From a virus: a stretch of 64,000 bases of DNA. The notes under the pieces are model-generated. The model worked only from the letters and a program-made list of their open reading frames with translations. It had not been told where the DNA came from and did not search any database. Location of the stretch: positions 1 to 64,000 of the IMG/VR virus record IMGVR_UViG_3300025141_012985, one strand, 5' to 3'. Positions 11,301-19,354 of the stretch are shown here, one piece after another. Made by a program: the position numbers and the translations under genes. Position 1 is the stretch's first letter. Each line of letters begins with the position of its first letter.

Positions 11301-11368
11301 AGCCAACAAGAACAGCAGAATTCATTGCTCTAGACTTTGTCGTCACAAATGCTGGTGCGGAAGTTTAG
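8306..11368 (+). CDS. Tail sheath protein 2 (gp18-like paralog)
   Basis: SAGVSTREIDLS, GPAFVP, PWFAPAGFSRG, WGQKTL, LDRVNVRRLL, FEPN, PTRTAEFIALDF. Confidence 0.95.
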   Translation: MAELTFKSAGVSTREIDLSTPSVAGPSGIPAGVIGTSNLGPAFVPVTVANFSEFISTFGATDGEKFGPLAVNEWLKNAQSLTYVRVLGVGDGKKRNSSSGNVTNAGFVVGARQVQANGLIGHNPYCNTGQHGNTYFLGCYMSQSAGSSIFTDAGIPTPEVTVNFSSADQDMQAWQGVPILRGVVMAPSGVILTLSSSTITAGVGSGPAATANAIQTAAGVRDASIKGSTTGSMVMSSQDFVIFLNGLKGLGADPRVITASMDVNSPTYISRVLNTDPTQIEKKGHLLYTHYDIHTAIAVPTGSGILTGTRLDTNTEEIVFLTTGAMSHPSQDGGNATTPDFENWQNRFTAAKSPFVISQNFGGKPYNLFRVESLSDGDSVSTNVKVSIENLAKSNSDTNTFGKFDLVIRDFFDTDEERVVLESFRGLSIDRESDRYFARVIGDQKAYFDFDQASDSQKLVVDGDFVNQSRYIRVKVSDTQRSGEVPDNALPMGFRGFRHLMTSGTSPLTNLELENAAAGPSGMLLTGSWNVLKKVQEPPVPFREHLNFGTGNKKRTSSQLYWGVQSTRKTDADEPNKPDLFDMTLANFAKYFPDFSLDMQKFSVGENQGTADTAANGIIDADRFNNNMFTLERIQVRTGSDTYADPKEWVSSSYKRRGSISVDRDLKTRAFSADDLGVVGNRTYAKFTFFLQGGFDGTNIFNKDRYNLTDSAAKREMDDSNQGGKEGNTVASFRKAVDIMGNRSDVDIKLLSIPGMRDEAITDYALDAVENRFDSLYIMDIEEKDVLNNVVTSSAQDISVSDTVTTFKNRALDSSFGAAYFPDVVIQDPIKRTNVRCPPSVGVLGAFALNDTIGHPWFAPAGFSRGALSSVIQASVDLNRANLDNLYDADINPITDFPGTGVVVWGQKTLLSAASALDRVNVRRLLIDIRRKVRAIANTLLFEPNRESTLEKFSSLVNPILQKIQEQSGLDRYKVIIDTTTTTQADIDNNIIRGKIFVQPTRTAEFIALDFVVTNAGAEV

Positions 11369-11385
11369 AAAAACAAAATTCAAGA

Positions 11386-11392
11386 ATACTTA
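11386..11392 (+). promoter_or_regulatory. Putative late promoter motif ATANTTA
   Basis: ATACTTA upstream of the tail tube gene; SD AGGAG follows. Confidence 0.5.
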
Positions 11393-11423
11393 GAACATAG
11401 GATCCTTCAGGAGAATTAAAAAA

Positions 11424-11915
11424 ATGGCAGAAACACTTTCAGTTAATGACTTGCTTCCTAATAAGTTTGAACCCAAGAGAAAATTTAGATGGGTTTTTGC
11501 TATAGAGGGAATCGATGCTTTCTTAATTAAAACGGCAGCAAGACCAGGCTTCTCATTTGCAGAGACACAGGTTAAGTTCATAAACTCTATCAGATACCTA
11601 GCTGGTAGAATGACATTTGATGAGATTAGCGTTTCACTACATGATCCAATCGCACCATCAGGTGCTCAACAGGTAATGGAGTGGATTAGAACACACTATG
11701 AGTCAGTCTCAGGAAGAGCAGGATACGCTGATTTTTACAAGAGAGATTGTCAGCTTAAGCTTCTAGATCCTGTTGGAACAGTCGTTGAGCTTTGGGACCT
11801 CAAGGGATGCTGGTTAAAGTCTGCCAAGTATGGTGATCTAGCATACGATGATGAGGGAACAATATTAGAAGTTGCCCTATCGATGAGATTTGACAACTGC
11901 GTTCTTCAGTACTGA
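11424..11915 (+). CDS. Tail tube protein (T4 gp19-like)
   Basis: 163 aa after the sheath; FEPKRKFRW, 'YKRD..LKLLDP.G.VVE.W.L.G.W', final '.RFD'. Confidence 0.9.
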   Translation: MAETLSVNDLLPNKFEPKRKFRWVFAIEGIDAFLIKTAARPGFSFAETQVKFINSIRYLAGRMTFDEISVSLHDPIAPSGAQQVMEWIRTHYESVSGRAGYADFYKRDCQLKLLDPVGTVVELWDLKGCWLKSAKYGDLAYDDEGTILEVALSMRFDNCVLQY

Positions 11916-11938
11916 TTGCAAGAGAGAATCACTTGTGA

Positions 11939-11959
11939 AAGGCCCACAATGTGGGCCTT
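11939..11959 (+). terminator. Hairpin / probable terminator after the tail tube gene
   Basis: Perfect inverted repeat AAGGCCCAC-AAT-GTGGGCCTT, weak T tail. Confidence 0.6.
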
Positions 11960-12014
11960 ATCTATTTACTATGAACGCATATTTGTTTAAATTTATCCAT
12001 AGTGGGAGATAACT

Positions 12015-12863
12015 GTGTCAAGACAGGATAGAAATAAGATATTTATGGAGGGAGGGTCAGAACCTGGAATTCCAACAAGAAACATTCTTGAGGATGATTT
12101 TGGCTGGCAAGTTCCGGTTGAAGCTGTTCCTCTTCCGTCTGAGGGTAAGATTTATCCACCAGATAGCAATATGCATGGAAAGCAGACTGTCAACATCAAG
12201 GCAATGACAGCAAAAGAGGAGGATATTCTATCCTCTAGGGCACTGATAGCCAACGGAACTGTGATACTTGAGTTAATCAATTCTTCAATAATGGATTCAG
12301 ATGTTAACCCAAATGATCTTCTATCTGGTGATAGAAACGCACTAATGATAGCAATTAGGATAACAGGATACGGTCCAGAATATCCTGTAAATATGACATG
12401 TCCAGGATGCAGAAAGACTGATAAGCATGTATTTAATCTTGCTGACTTACCGATTAAGCGTCTGACAATAGACCCTGTCACACCTGGTGACAACTGTTTT
12501 GAATATAAGCTTCCTGTTACAAAAAAGACTGTTCACTTTAAGTTCCTAACTGGAAGAGATAATGACATGATTGAGGCTGAGGCAAGTAAGATGGCAAAGC
12601 TTTTTCCTGATGACTATGTCGGAAGCTCTGTGACAAGACGGTTAAGATTTAGTGTGGTTTCAATTGACGGAATTACTGATAGAAATAAGATTGCTAAGTT
12701 CGTAGAAAACATGCCCGCGATGGACTCCAGCAAATTGAGATCTTACATCAAGAACAATGAGCCAGGAATTGAGATGTCTGGCAATCTAAACTGTAACTCT
12801 TGCGGCCGTGTCTCGGAGGTGAGCCTTCCCTTGGGCGCAAGCTTTTTTTGGCCTAGGGTCTAG
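12015..12863 (+). CDS. Tail assembly chaperone / baseplate hub assembly protein (T4 gp26-like)
   Basis: 'LPSEGKIYP', 'MTAKEEDIL', 'L.GDRNAL..AIR..GYG..Y', two CxxC pairs, terminal FFWP; lies between tube and tape measure. Confidence 0.8.
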   Translation: MSRQDRNKIFMEGGSEPGIPTRNILEDDFGWQVPVEAVPLPSEGKIYPPDSNMHGKQTVNIKAMTAKEEDILSSRALIANGTVILELINSSIMDSDVNPNDLLSGDRNALMIAIRITGYGPEYPVNMTCPGCRKTDKHVFNLADLPIKRLTIDPVTPGDNCFEYKLPVTKKTVHFKFLTGRDNDMIEAEASKMAKLFPDDYVGSSVTRRLRFSVVSIDGITDRNKIAKFVENMPAMDSSKLRSYIKNNEPGIEMSGNLNCNSCGRVSEVSLPLGASFFWPRV

Positions 12864-13086
12864 CTATAGAGCTTCAGTTCTTGAAGAGGCATATATTCTG
12901 ATTAAGCACCTTGGAATGGGCTACGAAGAGTGTCGAAGGATGCCTGTCAGATATAGAAAGTGGTTTGTTGATAAGCTCGTAGATGATGCCAAGCAGCGGA
13001 AGGCTTCTAGAGAGAAAAATATGATCACAGAGGACACAGGTCCGACTGTAAACCTAATGGGTTCAGATAAGAGAAGTTTCAAGTGA
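12844..13086 (+). CDS. Start-less ORF (gp51-like chaperone extension), probably reached by a frameshift
   Basis: Not in the ORF track. FFGLGSSYRASVLEEAYILIKHLGMGYEECRRMPVRYRKWFVDKL...; begins on the T7 run at 12843-12849 and fills the gap before the tape measure gene. Confidence 0.7.
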   Translation, partial: FFGLGSSYRASVLEEAYILIKHLGMGYEECRRMPVRYRKWFVDKLVDDAKQRKASREKNMITEDTGPTVNLMGSDKRSFK

Positions 13087-13102
13087 TGTTTTCCGGATCT
13101 GA

Positions 13103-13109
13103 ATACTTA
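13103..13109 (+). promoter_or_regulatory. Putative late promoter motif ATANTTA
   Basis: ATACTTA upstream of the tape measure gene. Confidence 0.5.
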
Positions 13110-13127
13110 TAGCTTAAGGGATCATAG

Positions 13128-15278
13128 ATGACTACTAGAGAAGAAAACTTACAGAGCCTTCGAGCTGAGCAAGAAGCTGTACGACAACTCGAAGCCGACT
13201 ACAAAAAGCTCAATAAAGAAGAGAAAGCAGGCGAAAAGGGTGCTGAGATCCAAGCCCAGATCAGAGAAACTACAGCCAGAATTAGAGAGCTTCAAAGCGC
13301 AACAGATGATGCCACAAATTCCATGGAGACTCTTGGCACTGTCGGTGCAGCATCACTTAGTGGAATCATTGATAGTCTAAGCAAGACAGGTGCAGAGGCT
13401 AAAGAGGGAATCGACGCTTACTATAAGAATCTGACAACTCTCTTCGGCGATAAGAAGAATTTATTTGTTGAGCTTCTCAATTCACTAGGTGCAGATTACT
13501 CACAGTCAATGGATCAGTTTACAACTGATTCAGAAAACTTCGCATACCGTGTCGGTGGAACCATCAATGAGATGTACGAGAGGTTCTACACTACAGACCT
13601 TCCATTGTACTTCGGGTCTATGGAGGAGTTTGCAGCGTTTGGTGAGGAGATCTACTATTCAGTAGGATCTGGATATGCAGCTATGGCCAGCATGGGAGAT
13701 GATGCAGCTCGTCAAATAGAGACATCAGCTCTAATGGCAAAGGGTCTTGGATTCACAGCAACTGAGATGATGGACGCCATGGATGCTCAGTTCAGTGCGT
13801 CTGGTGAGTTCAGCAATGGGATTCTTCGTGAGATAACAACATACTCAAACGCAATCTCTGCGGTCACAGGTGACTCCAACAAGGTCATTGCAAAGGGAAT
13901 TCTTGAGATTAGAACAAATTTTGAGACCTTTGCAAATGTATCTGTTGAGACAGCTGCTGAGACTATTGGTGGTCTTAGATCTATCGGCCTAGAGGTCAAG
14001 GATCTTCAGGCTGTTACTAATAAATTTCTAAACTTTGACCAGGGTGCTGAGTCACTTGCAAACTTAAATACAGTCTTTGGAATGCAGCTAGACACTATGT
14101 CCATGATGGAGGCAGCATCACAAGATCCGTTTGACGCTATGATGATGCTGCGAGATGCATTCATTGAGACAGGCGGCGACTTTGAGAACCTGACTCAACA
14201 GCAGAAGAACCTTCTCGCACAGCAGGCTAACCTAGACGTTGAGGCTGCAGCCAGACTATTTGATCCAGATCGTGCTGTTGCCGACATGGCAGACCTCACA
14301 GCTGCGACTGAGGCACAGGCTGAAGAGGGTGTCCTCACGACAGAGGAATCTCTTGCGTCTCTTGCAGAGTCAATTACAAAGGTTTCAGAGCTAGGTGATA
14401 GCTTTTCAAATGAAGTATTCAATAGAATGGCAATGAGAGACCTTCACGAGCTGTCAAACTCTTCTCTTGTCGCTGAAGCATCTATGACCAGGTTCGCTCG
14501 GACAGCTGGAACTAAAGTCCCAGAAGCAGTTGCAGGAATGCTTCCAGAGGAGATGGGAAGACAGCTAATTGAAACTGTTGGACAGGCCAAGTCTGCTGTT
14601 ATCACTGGTGTTGAAAGTACAGTGGAAAGTGTTGGTGGCATGTTTGGAGATGCAGGAAGAGATATTCCTGGAAATCTTCTTGCGGGTATTAACGATTCAC
14701 CTAAAGACCTTTGGTTTGGAATCGCAAAAAGAATTGGTGAAAGAATACCAGAGGTGGGAATAGGCACAGCTGTGGCGGGAGAGGGTGTAAATGTCCGACC
14801 TGGTGGAGACGTATACGTCCCGTCTGACGGAGATCCCATAATTCTTGCTGATGGTGACACAGCTTTTATCGCGCAGCAAGGTGGTCCAATCACAGGTGGG
14901 CTTCAAGAGCTTGGGGATTCTGTGACTGAGAATATTCAAACTCATGTTACAGATGTGTACCAGCAGCACCGGACAGAGGCGACACCCGAGATACTCAATG
15001 AGGGCTTCAGCGCTGTTGTAGAGAGATTTAGACAGATTAGCTCTCAGGAGATTGATGAAACATCAGCAAGGGCATCAAGTGACATCAGAGAAGCTATATC
15101 AGCCCTTAGAGACACAGTTCAGAGGATGTCTACAGCAGGGGGAAATCAAGCTGAAAGGCCCATAAATATGAATCTAACTGTCAAACTTGGTGATTCTGAC
15201 ATTACAGAGATAAAGAACCAGCTTATTAATGCACCAGATGTCGGAGGTGTTGACTTTGTGAGAGAGGTGATATCGTGA
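13128..15278 (+). CDS. Tape measure protein
   Basis: Ala/Glu/Leu-rich helical protein with coiled-coil N-terminus, directly after the tail chaperone. Confidence 0.7.
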   Translation: MTTREENLQSLRAEQEAVRQLEADYKKLNKEEKAGEKGAEIQAQIRETTARIRELQSATDDATNSMETLGTVGAASLSGIIDSLSKTGAEAKEGIDAYYKNLTTLFGDKKNLFVELLNSLGADYSQSMDQFTTDSENFAYRVGGTINEMYERFYTTDLPLYFGSMEEFAAFGEEIYYSVGSGYAAMASMGDDAARQIETSALMAKGLGFTATEMMDAMDAQFSASGEFSNGILREITTYSNAISAVTGDSNKVIAKGILEIRTNFETFANVSVETAAETIGGLRSIGLEVKDLQAVTNKFLNFDQGAESLANLNTVFGMQLDTMSMMEAASQDPFDAMMMLRDAFIETGGDFENLTQQQKNLLAQQANLDVEAAARLFDPDRAVADMADLTAATEAQAEEGVLTTEESLASLAESITKVSELGDSFSNEVFNRMAMRDLHELSNSSLVAEASMTRFARTAGTKVPEAVAGMLPEEMGRQLIETVGQAKSAVITGVESTVESVGGMFGDAGRDIPGNLLAGINDSPKDLWFGIAKRIGERIPEVGIGTAVAGEGVNVRPGGDVYVPSDGDPIILADGDTAFIAQQGGPITGGLQELGDSVTENIQTHVTDVYQQHRTEATPEILNEGFSAVVERFRQISSQEIDETSARASSDIREAISALRDTVQRMSTAGGNQAERPINMNLTVKLGDSDITEIKNQLINAPDVGGVDFVREVIS

Positions 15279-15541
15279 GTGATATTCTTTTAGAATTTGA
15301 AAGAGACAAAGAGATGCAGAGCTTGCTCGAAGAGCTTACAGATGAACAGAAGGATCAGCTACTTTCTGAAATGAAGTCAATTATTGAAAATTTCAATAGA
15401 TCACTTAATGCAATTCAATCAAGTCTTAAAGATGAGGAATCTGTCATAGAGTTTGTTGACAATCTTGGGAAAGCAATAAGTATGAGTAATCTAGAAGAGA
15501 ATGTTGGAACAGAGGTAATAGAGTGGCCAGAGAAACTTTAA
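15275..15541 (+). CDS. Hypothetical acidic protein
   Basis: 88 aa; GTGA overlap with the tape measure stop; SD GAGGTG. Confidence 0.55.
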   Translation: MSDILLEFERDKEMQSLLEELTDEQKDQLLSEMKSIIENFNRSLNAIQSSLKDEESVIEFVDNLGKAISMSNLEENVGTEVIEWPEKL

Positions 15542-18500
15542 GAGATTTTTTAACTTCTATCGGAAGCGGAGCCGATTCTGTATCTTACGTCGTGAGAGAT
15601 GACAACGGCGACGGATCTGTAAGCAGAGGAGATGATCTTGGGATTGACCCGAATACAGGTAAGGAGCTAGTTGATCTAAGTTCTGCTGATGCTGGCCTAC
15701 TTGGTGACTATCTTAGTTTCATTCAGGAAAATTCAGACGTCGTATTTAATGTTAGCCCAGGCAATTCTCAGGCTGCTCCCACAAACAGGGGAGACTCTTT
15801 ACCTCCTGCTGAAAATCAAGGAGCAAATAGGGTATTTGTTGAGTCAACAGGGGGTGATCAGTCATCAATGTCACTTTCACAATATTCAAATAGTGGAAAA
15901 TTTGATCAAGAAAGTGTTACACTTGCTGAGATAGTAGACAAAACTTCAGGTGAAGACGGTCACACACTACTTCACGATGTTGGTGGAAAGCCAATAGATA
16001 CTCATGGAAAGCTCCATGTTGCTGTAGACCCGTCTATGGCAAATATTGACCCTCTTATTAGGTCATCTGTAAATATTCTTAGAGAAAATAATAGGTTTTC
16101 ACCTGCAGCAAGAGTAGAGGGTGATGCATTTGTTGAAAGGGGAAAGGAGTCAGATGATTTCAATTCTGAACCCACACTTACAACCCAGAGAAAGTTTGGA
16201 AGATATGATGGAACTGAGACAATTAGCCTTGAGTCGCTTGAAGAGATTGGTGAGTCACTCTTAAAAACCTCTGCAGGTATCATTGATAGTGAAAAATATC
16301 CAGAGAAAGATCTAACAAGTACAGTTCCAACTAATAAAAAAGATCCAGAAGATCTTAGGGCTAGAGACGCTGAAGGTTTTCCAGTAATGAACTCTGGAGA
16401 TTCAGTTAGATCTGGTAGGGGATCATTCTTATCGGGAGCTCCGACTGAAAATTCTACTTCATTTGGATCTATGACCGGAGAAGGTACATTCTCTTTTGAC
16501 CCTGGATCTAAAAAGTATCTTAGGGCAAGAGCTGTTGCAGCGATAAAGACAGCACTTCTTGCAATAGACACATTTAAAAATATTGCTCTTGAAAGCTCTG
16601 CAAAAATAAATTCTAAAGTTGAGTCACCAAGATCTCCTATGCTGTCAGGAGAGCACAGAAGCTACATTCAGTACAAGATGTCAGTGATCATGAATTCAGT
16701 TCTTGTTCCAACAGAGGGATCTTATCAGAGGTGTGTTAATGAGGGAGCAAAGTTTATGCTCGGCCTTACAAAAAACTTATCTCAGATAGAGAGTAGAAAT
16801 CAGATAGAAGGAATTGGAAAGAATGCTCAGATAGTTAAAGATTCACCCGGATTTAGTCTTGCTCTTGCAAGATCAATTCTCTTGTCTGTGGATAGTCTTA
16901 ATAAGCTTATGGCGGATCTTGCTGAATCATATGATTCTGATAGTGATGCTCAATCAATTGTTATGAAGCTTGGGAAGACTCGTGTGATAGGAATTCTTAA
17001 TTCTCTTGCAATTGTTGGAGACATTAAGAGAAAGATAGATATTTCGAATTCAAAAGCATTTGGCCTACCTAGTGGGAAAAATCCCTGGTCTGTAGATGAT
17101 CTACCAGATGGACCTACTACAAGAGTTTCAAAGAGTAGAACATCAGATGGTCACAATGTTTCTGCTTTGTCAATGAGAACATCTGCAACACCTTCATCCT
17201 TTGTTCTTCCTGTCGGCGTCATTAGGGCATCAACTAGAATGGGAATGGGAACTACAGACACAAACCCAACTAGAATTCTATCCTCACCTTCTGGAAAGAA
17301 AGTCTATACAGGTAGGGACATAGAGGGTGGAAAAAGAATACCATCTGCTGTTGTTCACAGGATGGAAGATCTTTTAGATGCAGAATACGTTCCATTTTAC
17401 TTTCACGATATCAGGACGAATGAGATTACTTCTTTTCACGCTTTCTTAGAGACACTCCAAGACGGATTTACGGCAAATTTTACAGAAACTACAGGCTATG
17501 GAAGGCTTGACGCTGTTCAAACATATTCCAGCACAAAGAGGGACATTTCATTCTCTTTCACAGTTGCTGCAACATCTCCTGAGGATTTTGACGAGATGTG
17601 GCTTAAGATAAACAAGCTGACCACACTTGTGTATCCACAGTGGACTATGGGAGATCTTCTTCGCGGAGGAAGAGTTAATGATGGAGAGTCTACCTTTATA
17701 CAGCCCTTTAGTCAGGTTATCGGTTCAACACCCTTGGTCAGGGTGAGAATTGGTGATTTGATTAAGGGAAATTACTCTAAATTTAATCTTGGAAGAATTT
17801 TTGGTGTCGGTGAGTCTCAAGTGAGTCTTAAGTCTCCAGTCTCCGGTCTCGGCGCTTTTGGCGATTTTTTAAGAGGAGGAGGAATCGGTGGTGCGCTTTC
17901 TGGTTTGATGCCAGACATGGATGAAATATTTTTAAAGATATTTTTTGGAGCATTTGGTAGCCCTATGTCAGCAGCAGCGCTTGCCGGAGGAGACCTAGCT
18001 TCAGGAATTTCTAATGTTAAGAGTGCAATGGGAAGTACTGCGCTAGGCGGTTTACAATCAGCCGGATCAAAGCTTCTTGTGAACGGATTTGCACATCCAA
18101 TCTTAAACGTTATCTTAAGAAGATATAATGATCCAGACAATGATCCCGCAGAGTCGGCAATCTCAGCTGGAAATATTCTTGGAAGAGTTGGTAGTAAAAT
18201 ATCTTCATTTGGAACCAGCAAGGACGGCTACGCTGCAGGAAGGGTCGCAAAAAATAGAATTTTTGGAACAAGGGTGTATGTTAAAGCATCACAGGCAAAA
18301 AGCTATAGAGTAATTTCAAAGGACGGTGAAGATTTCAAAGCTATAAAGAAAGTTAGATTTTCTCGACCTGTTCTTTGCATAGTTACTGGAAGAACAGCGA
18401 CTCAGATAGAAAATAGCAATACTAGAAAGAACAGAGATAACGATAAGTCAAGAACAATTACGATGTATAGAATGAAAATTATAGACTTTAATGTTCCAAA

Positions 18501-19047
18501 GGGACTATTTGGTGCAGAGCTTCAAGTTTCACATTCAGATATTATTCACAATCCTAATGACACATTCTCTAGATACATGATGCCAGTTCTTAATCCAGGC
18601 GCAGCAATAGAAGCATTTGCAGGAAATCTTATCAATGAAGGTGCAAAGGCACTTGGAGTTGATGCCTCTGGAGTCGGTATAGCTCTTTCTGAGGAGATGA
18701 GATTTCTTAGTGCCGGAAACAATGCAATAGTTAAATCTTTTGAGTCTACGAGAGGTCGCGGCCTTGCAGGGGTTATAAAGGGTCTCAAGTTTGACTGGCT
18801 GACAGAGAATACACCCTGGGAAATAGACTGGGGATCAAGAGCTCCCCAGGTCTGCAAGGTGACAGTTACATTTGCTCCGATTCACGATATTCCGCCGGGA
18901 ATTGATCATGAGGGATTCAACAGAGCACCTATTTACAATGTTGGAAAACTATCGCATGCAATGTCTGGCGATGCATATGATGACGGCGGTCAGTCATCTA
19001 GTGAGACCTATGACTTTGAGCACAGAAAAAACTTTAAGAATGAGTAG
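15523..19047 (+). CDS. Large baseplate / tail tube initiator protein (gp48/gp54-like domain)
   Basis: 'F.AFLE.L.D.F...F....YGR.D.V.TY..T.R.ISFSF.V.A' and 'P.VR.RIGD'; C-terminal 'W.....WEID....P....V...F.PIH'. Confidence 0.65.
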   Translation: MARETLRDFLTSIGSGADSVSYVVRDDNGDGSVSRGDDLGIDPNTGKELVDLSSADAGLLGDYLSFIQENSDVVFNVSPGNSQAAPTNRGDSLPPAENQGANRVFVESTGGDQSSMSLSQYSNSGKFDQESVTLAEIVDKTSGEDGHTLLHDVGGKPIDTHGKLHVAVDPSMANIDPLIRSSVNILRENNRFSPAARVEGDAFVERGKESDDFNSEPTLTTQRKFGRYDGTETISLESLEEIGESLLKTSAGIIDSEKYPEKDLTSTVPTNKKDPEDLRARDAEGFPVMNSGDSVRSGRGSFLSGAPTENSTSFGSMTGEGTFSFDPGSKKYLRARAVAAIKTALLAIDTFKNIALESSAKINSKVESPRSPMLSGEHRSYIQYKMSVIMNSVLVPTEGSYQRCVNEGAKFMLGLTKNLSQIESRNQIEGIGKNAQIVKDSPGFSLALARSILLSVDSLNKLMADLAESYDSDSDAQSIVMKLGKTRVIGILNSLAIVGDIKRKIDISNSKAFGLPSGKNPWSVDDLPDGPTTRVSKSRTSDGHNVSALSMRTSATPSSFVLPVGVIRASTRMGMGTTDTNPTRILSSPSGKKVYTGRDIEGGKRIPSAVVHRMEDLLDAEYVPFYFHDIRTNEITSFHAFLETLQDGFTANFTETTGYGRLDAVQTYSSTKRDISFSFTVAATSPEDFDEMWLKINKLTTLVYPQWTMGDLLRGGRVNDGESTFIQPFSQVIGSTPLVRVRIGDLIKGNYSKFNLGRIFGVGESQVSLKSPVSGLGAFGDFLRGGGIGGALSGLMPDMDEIFLKIFFGAFGSPMSAAALAGGDLASGISNVKSAMGSTALGGLQSAGSKLLVNGFAHPILNVILRRYNDPDNDPAESAISAGNILGRVGSKISSFGTSKDGYAAGRVAKNRIFGTRVYVKASQAKSYRVISKDGEDFKAIKKVRFSRPVLCIVTGRTATQIENSNTRKNRDNDKSRTITMYRMKIIDFNVPKGLFGAELQVSHSDIIHNPNDTFSRYMMPVLNPGAAIEAFAGNLINEGAKALGVDASGVGIALSEEMRFLSAGNNAIVKSFESTRGRGLAGVIKGLKFDWLTENTPWEIDWGSRAPQVCKVTVTFAPIHDIPPGIDHEGFNRAPIYNVGKLSHAMSGDAYDDGGQSSSETYDFEHRKNFKNE

Positions 19048-19052
19048 GTAAA

Positions 19053-19346
19053 ATGGCTATAGGAAGATACACAAATAATCCATTGATTAACTCTGGAAGG
19101 GGGTTTGCAACAAGCAGTGTTTCAGCAAACATCAGGAGTGCAGTCTTAACTAATTCAATTGCTTATTCAACTAGAGTCCTATCAGAGGGACAGAGGCTTG
19201 ATACTATAGCCGGACAGATCTACGGAGTTGGAAGTCTTTGGTGGATTATTGCAGCTGCATCTGGAATAGGATGGGGTCTTCAAGTTCCAGCTGGAACACT
19301 CTTAACAATACCTGATAATCCTGGATCAGTGATGAGATTTGTGTAG
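19053..19346 (+). CDS. LysM-like baseplate protein (gp53 / P2 gpX-like)
   Basis: 'EGQRLDTIA.QIYG..SLWWIIA.AS.I......V..GT.L.IP'. Confidence 0.85.
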   Translation: MAIGRYTNNPLINSGRGFATSSVSANIRSAVLTNSIAYSTRVLSEGQRLDTIAGQIYGVGSLWWIIAAASGIGWGLQVPAGTLLTIPDNPGSVMRFV

Positions 19347-19354
19347 GGTGCGGA

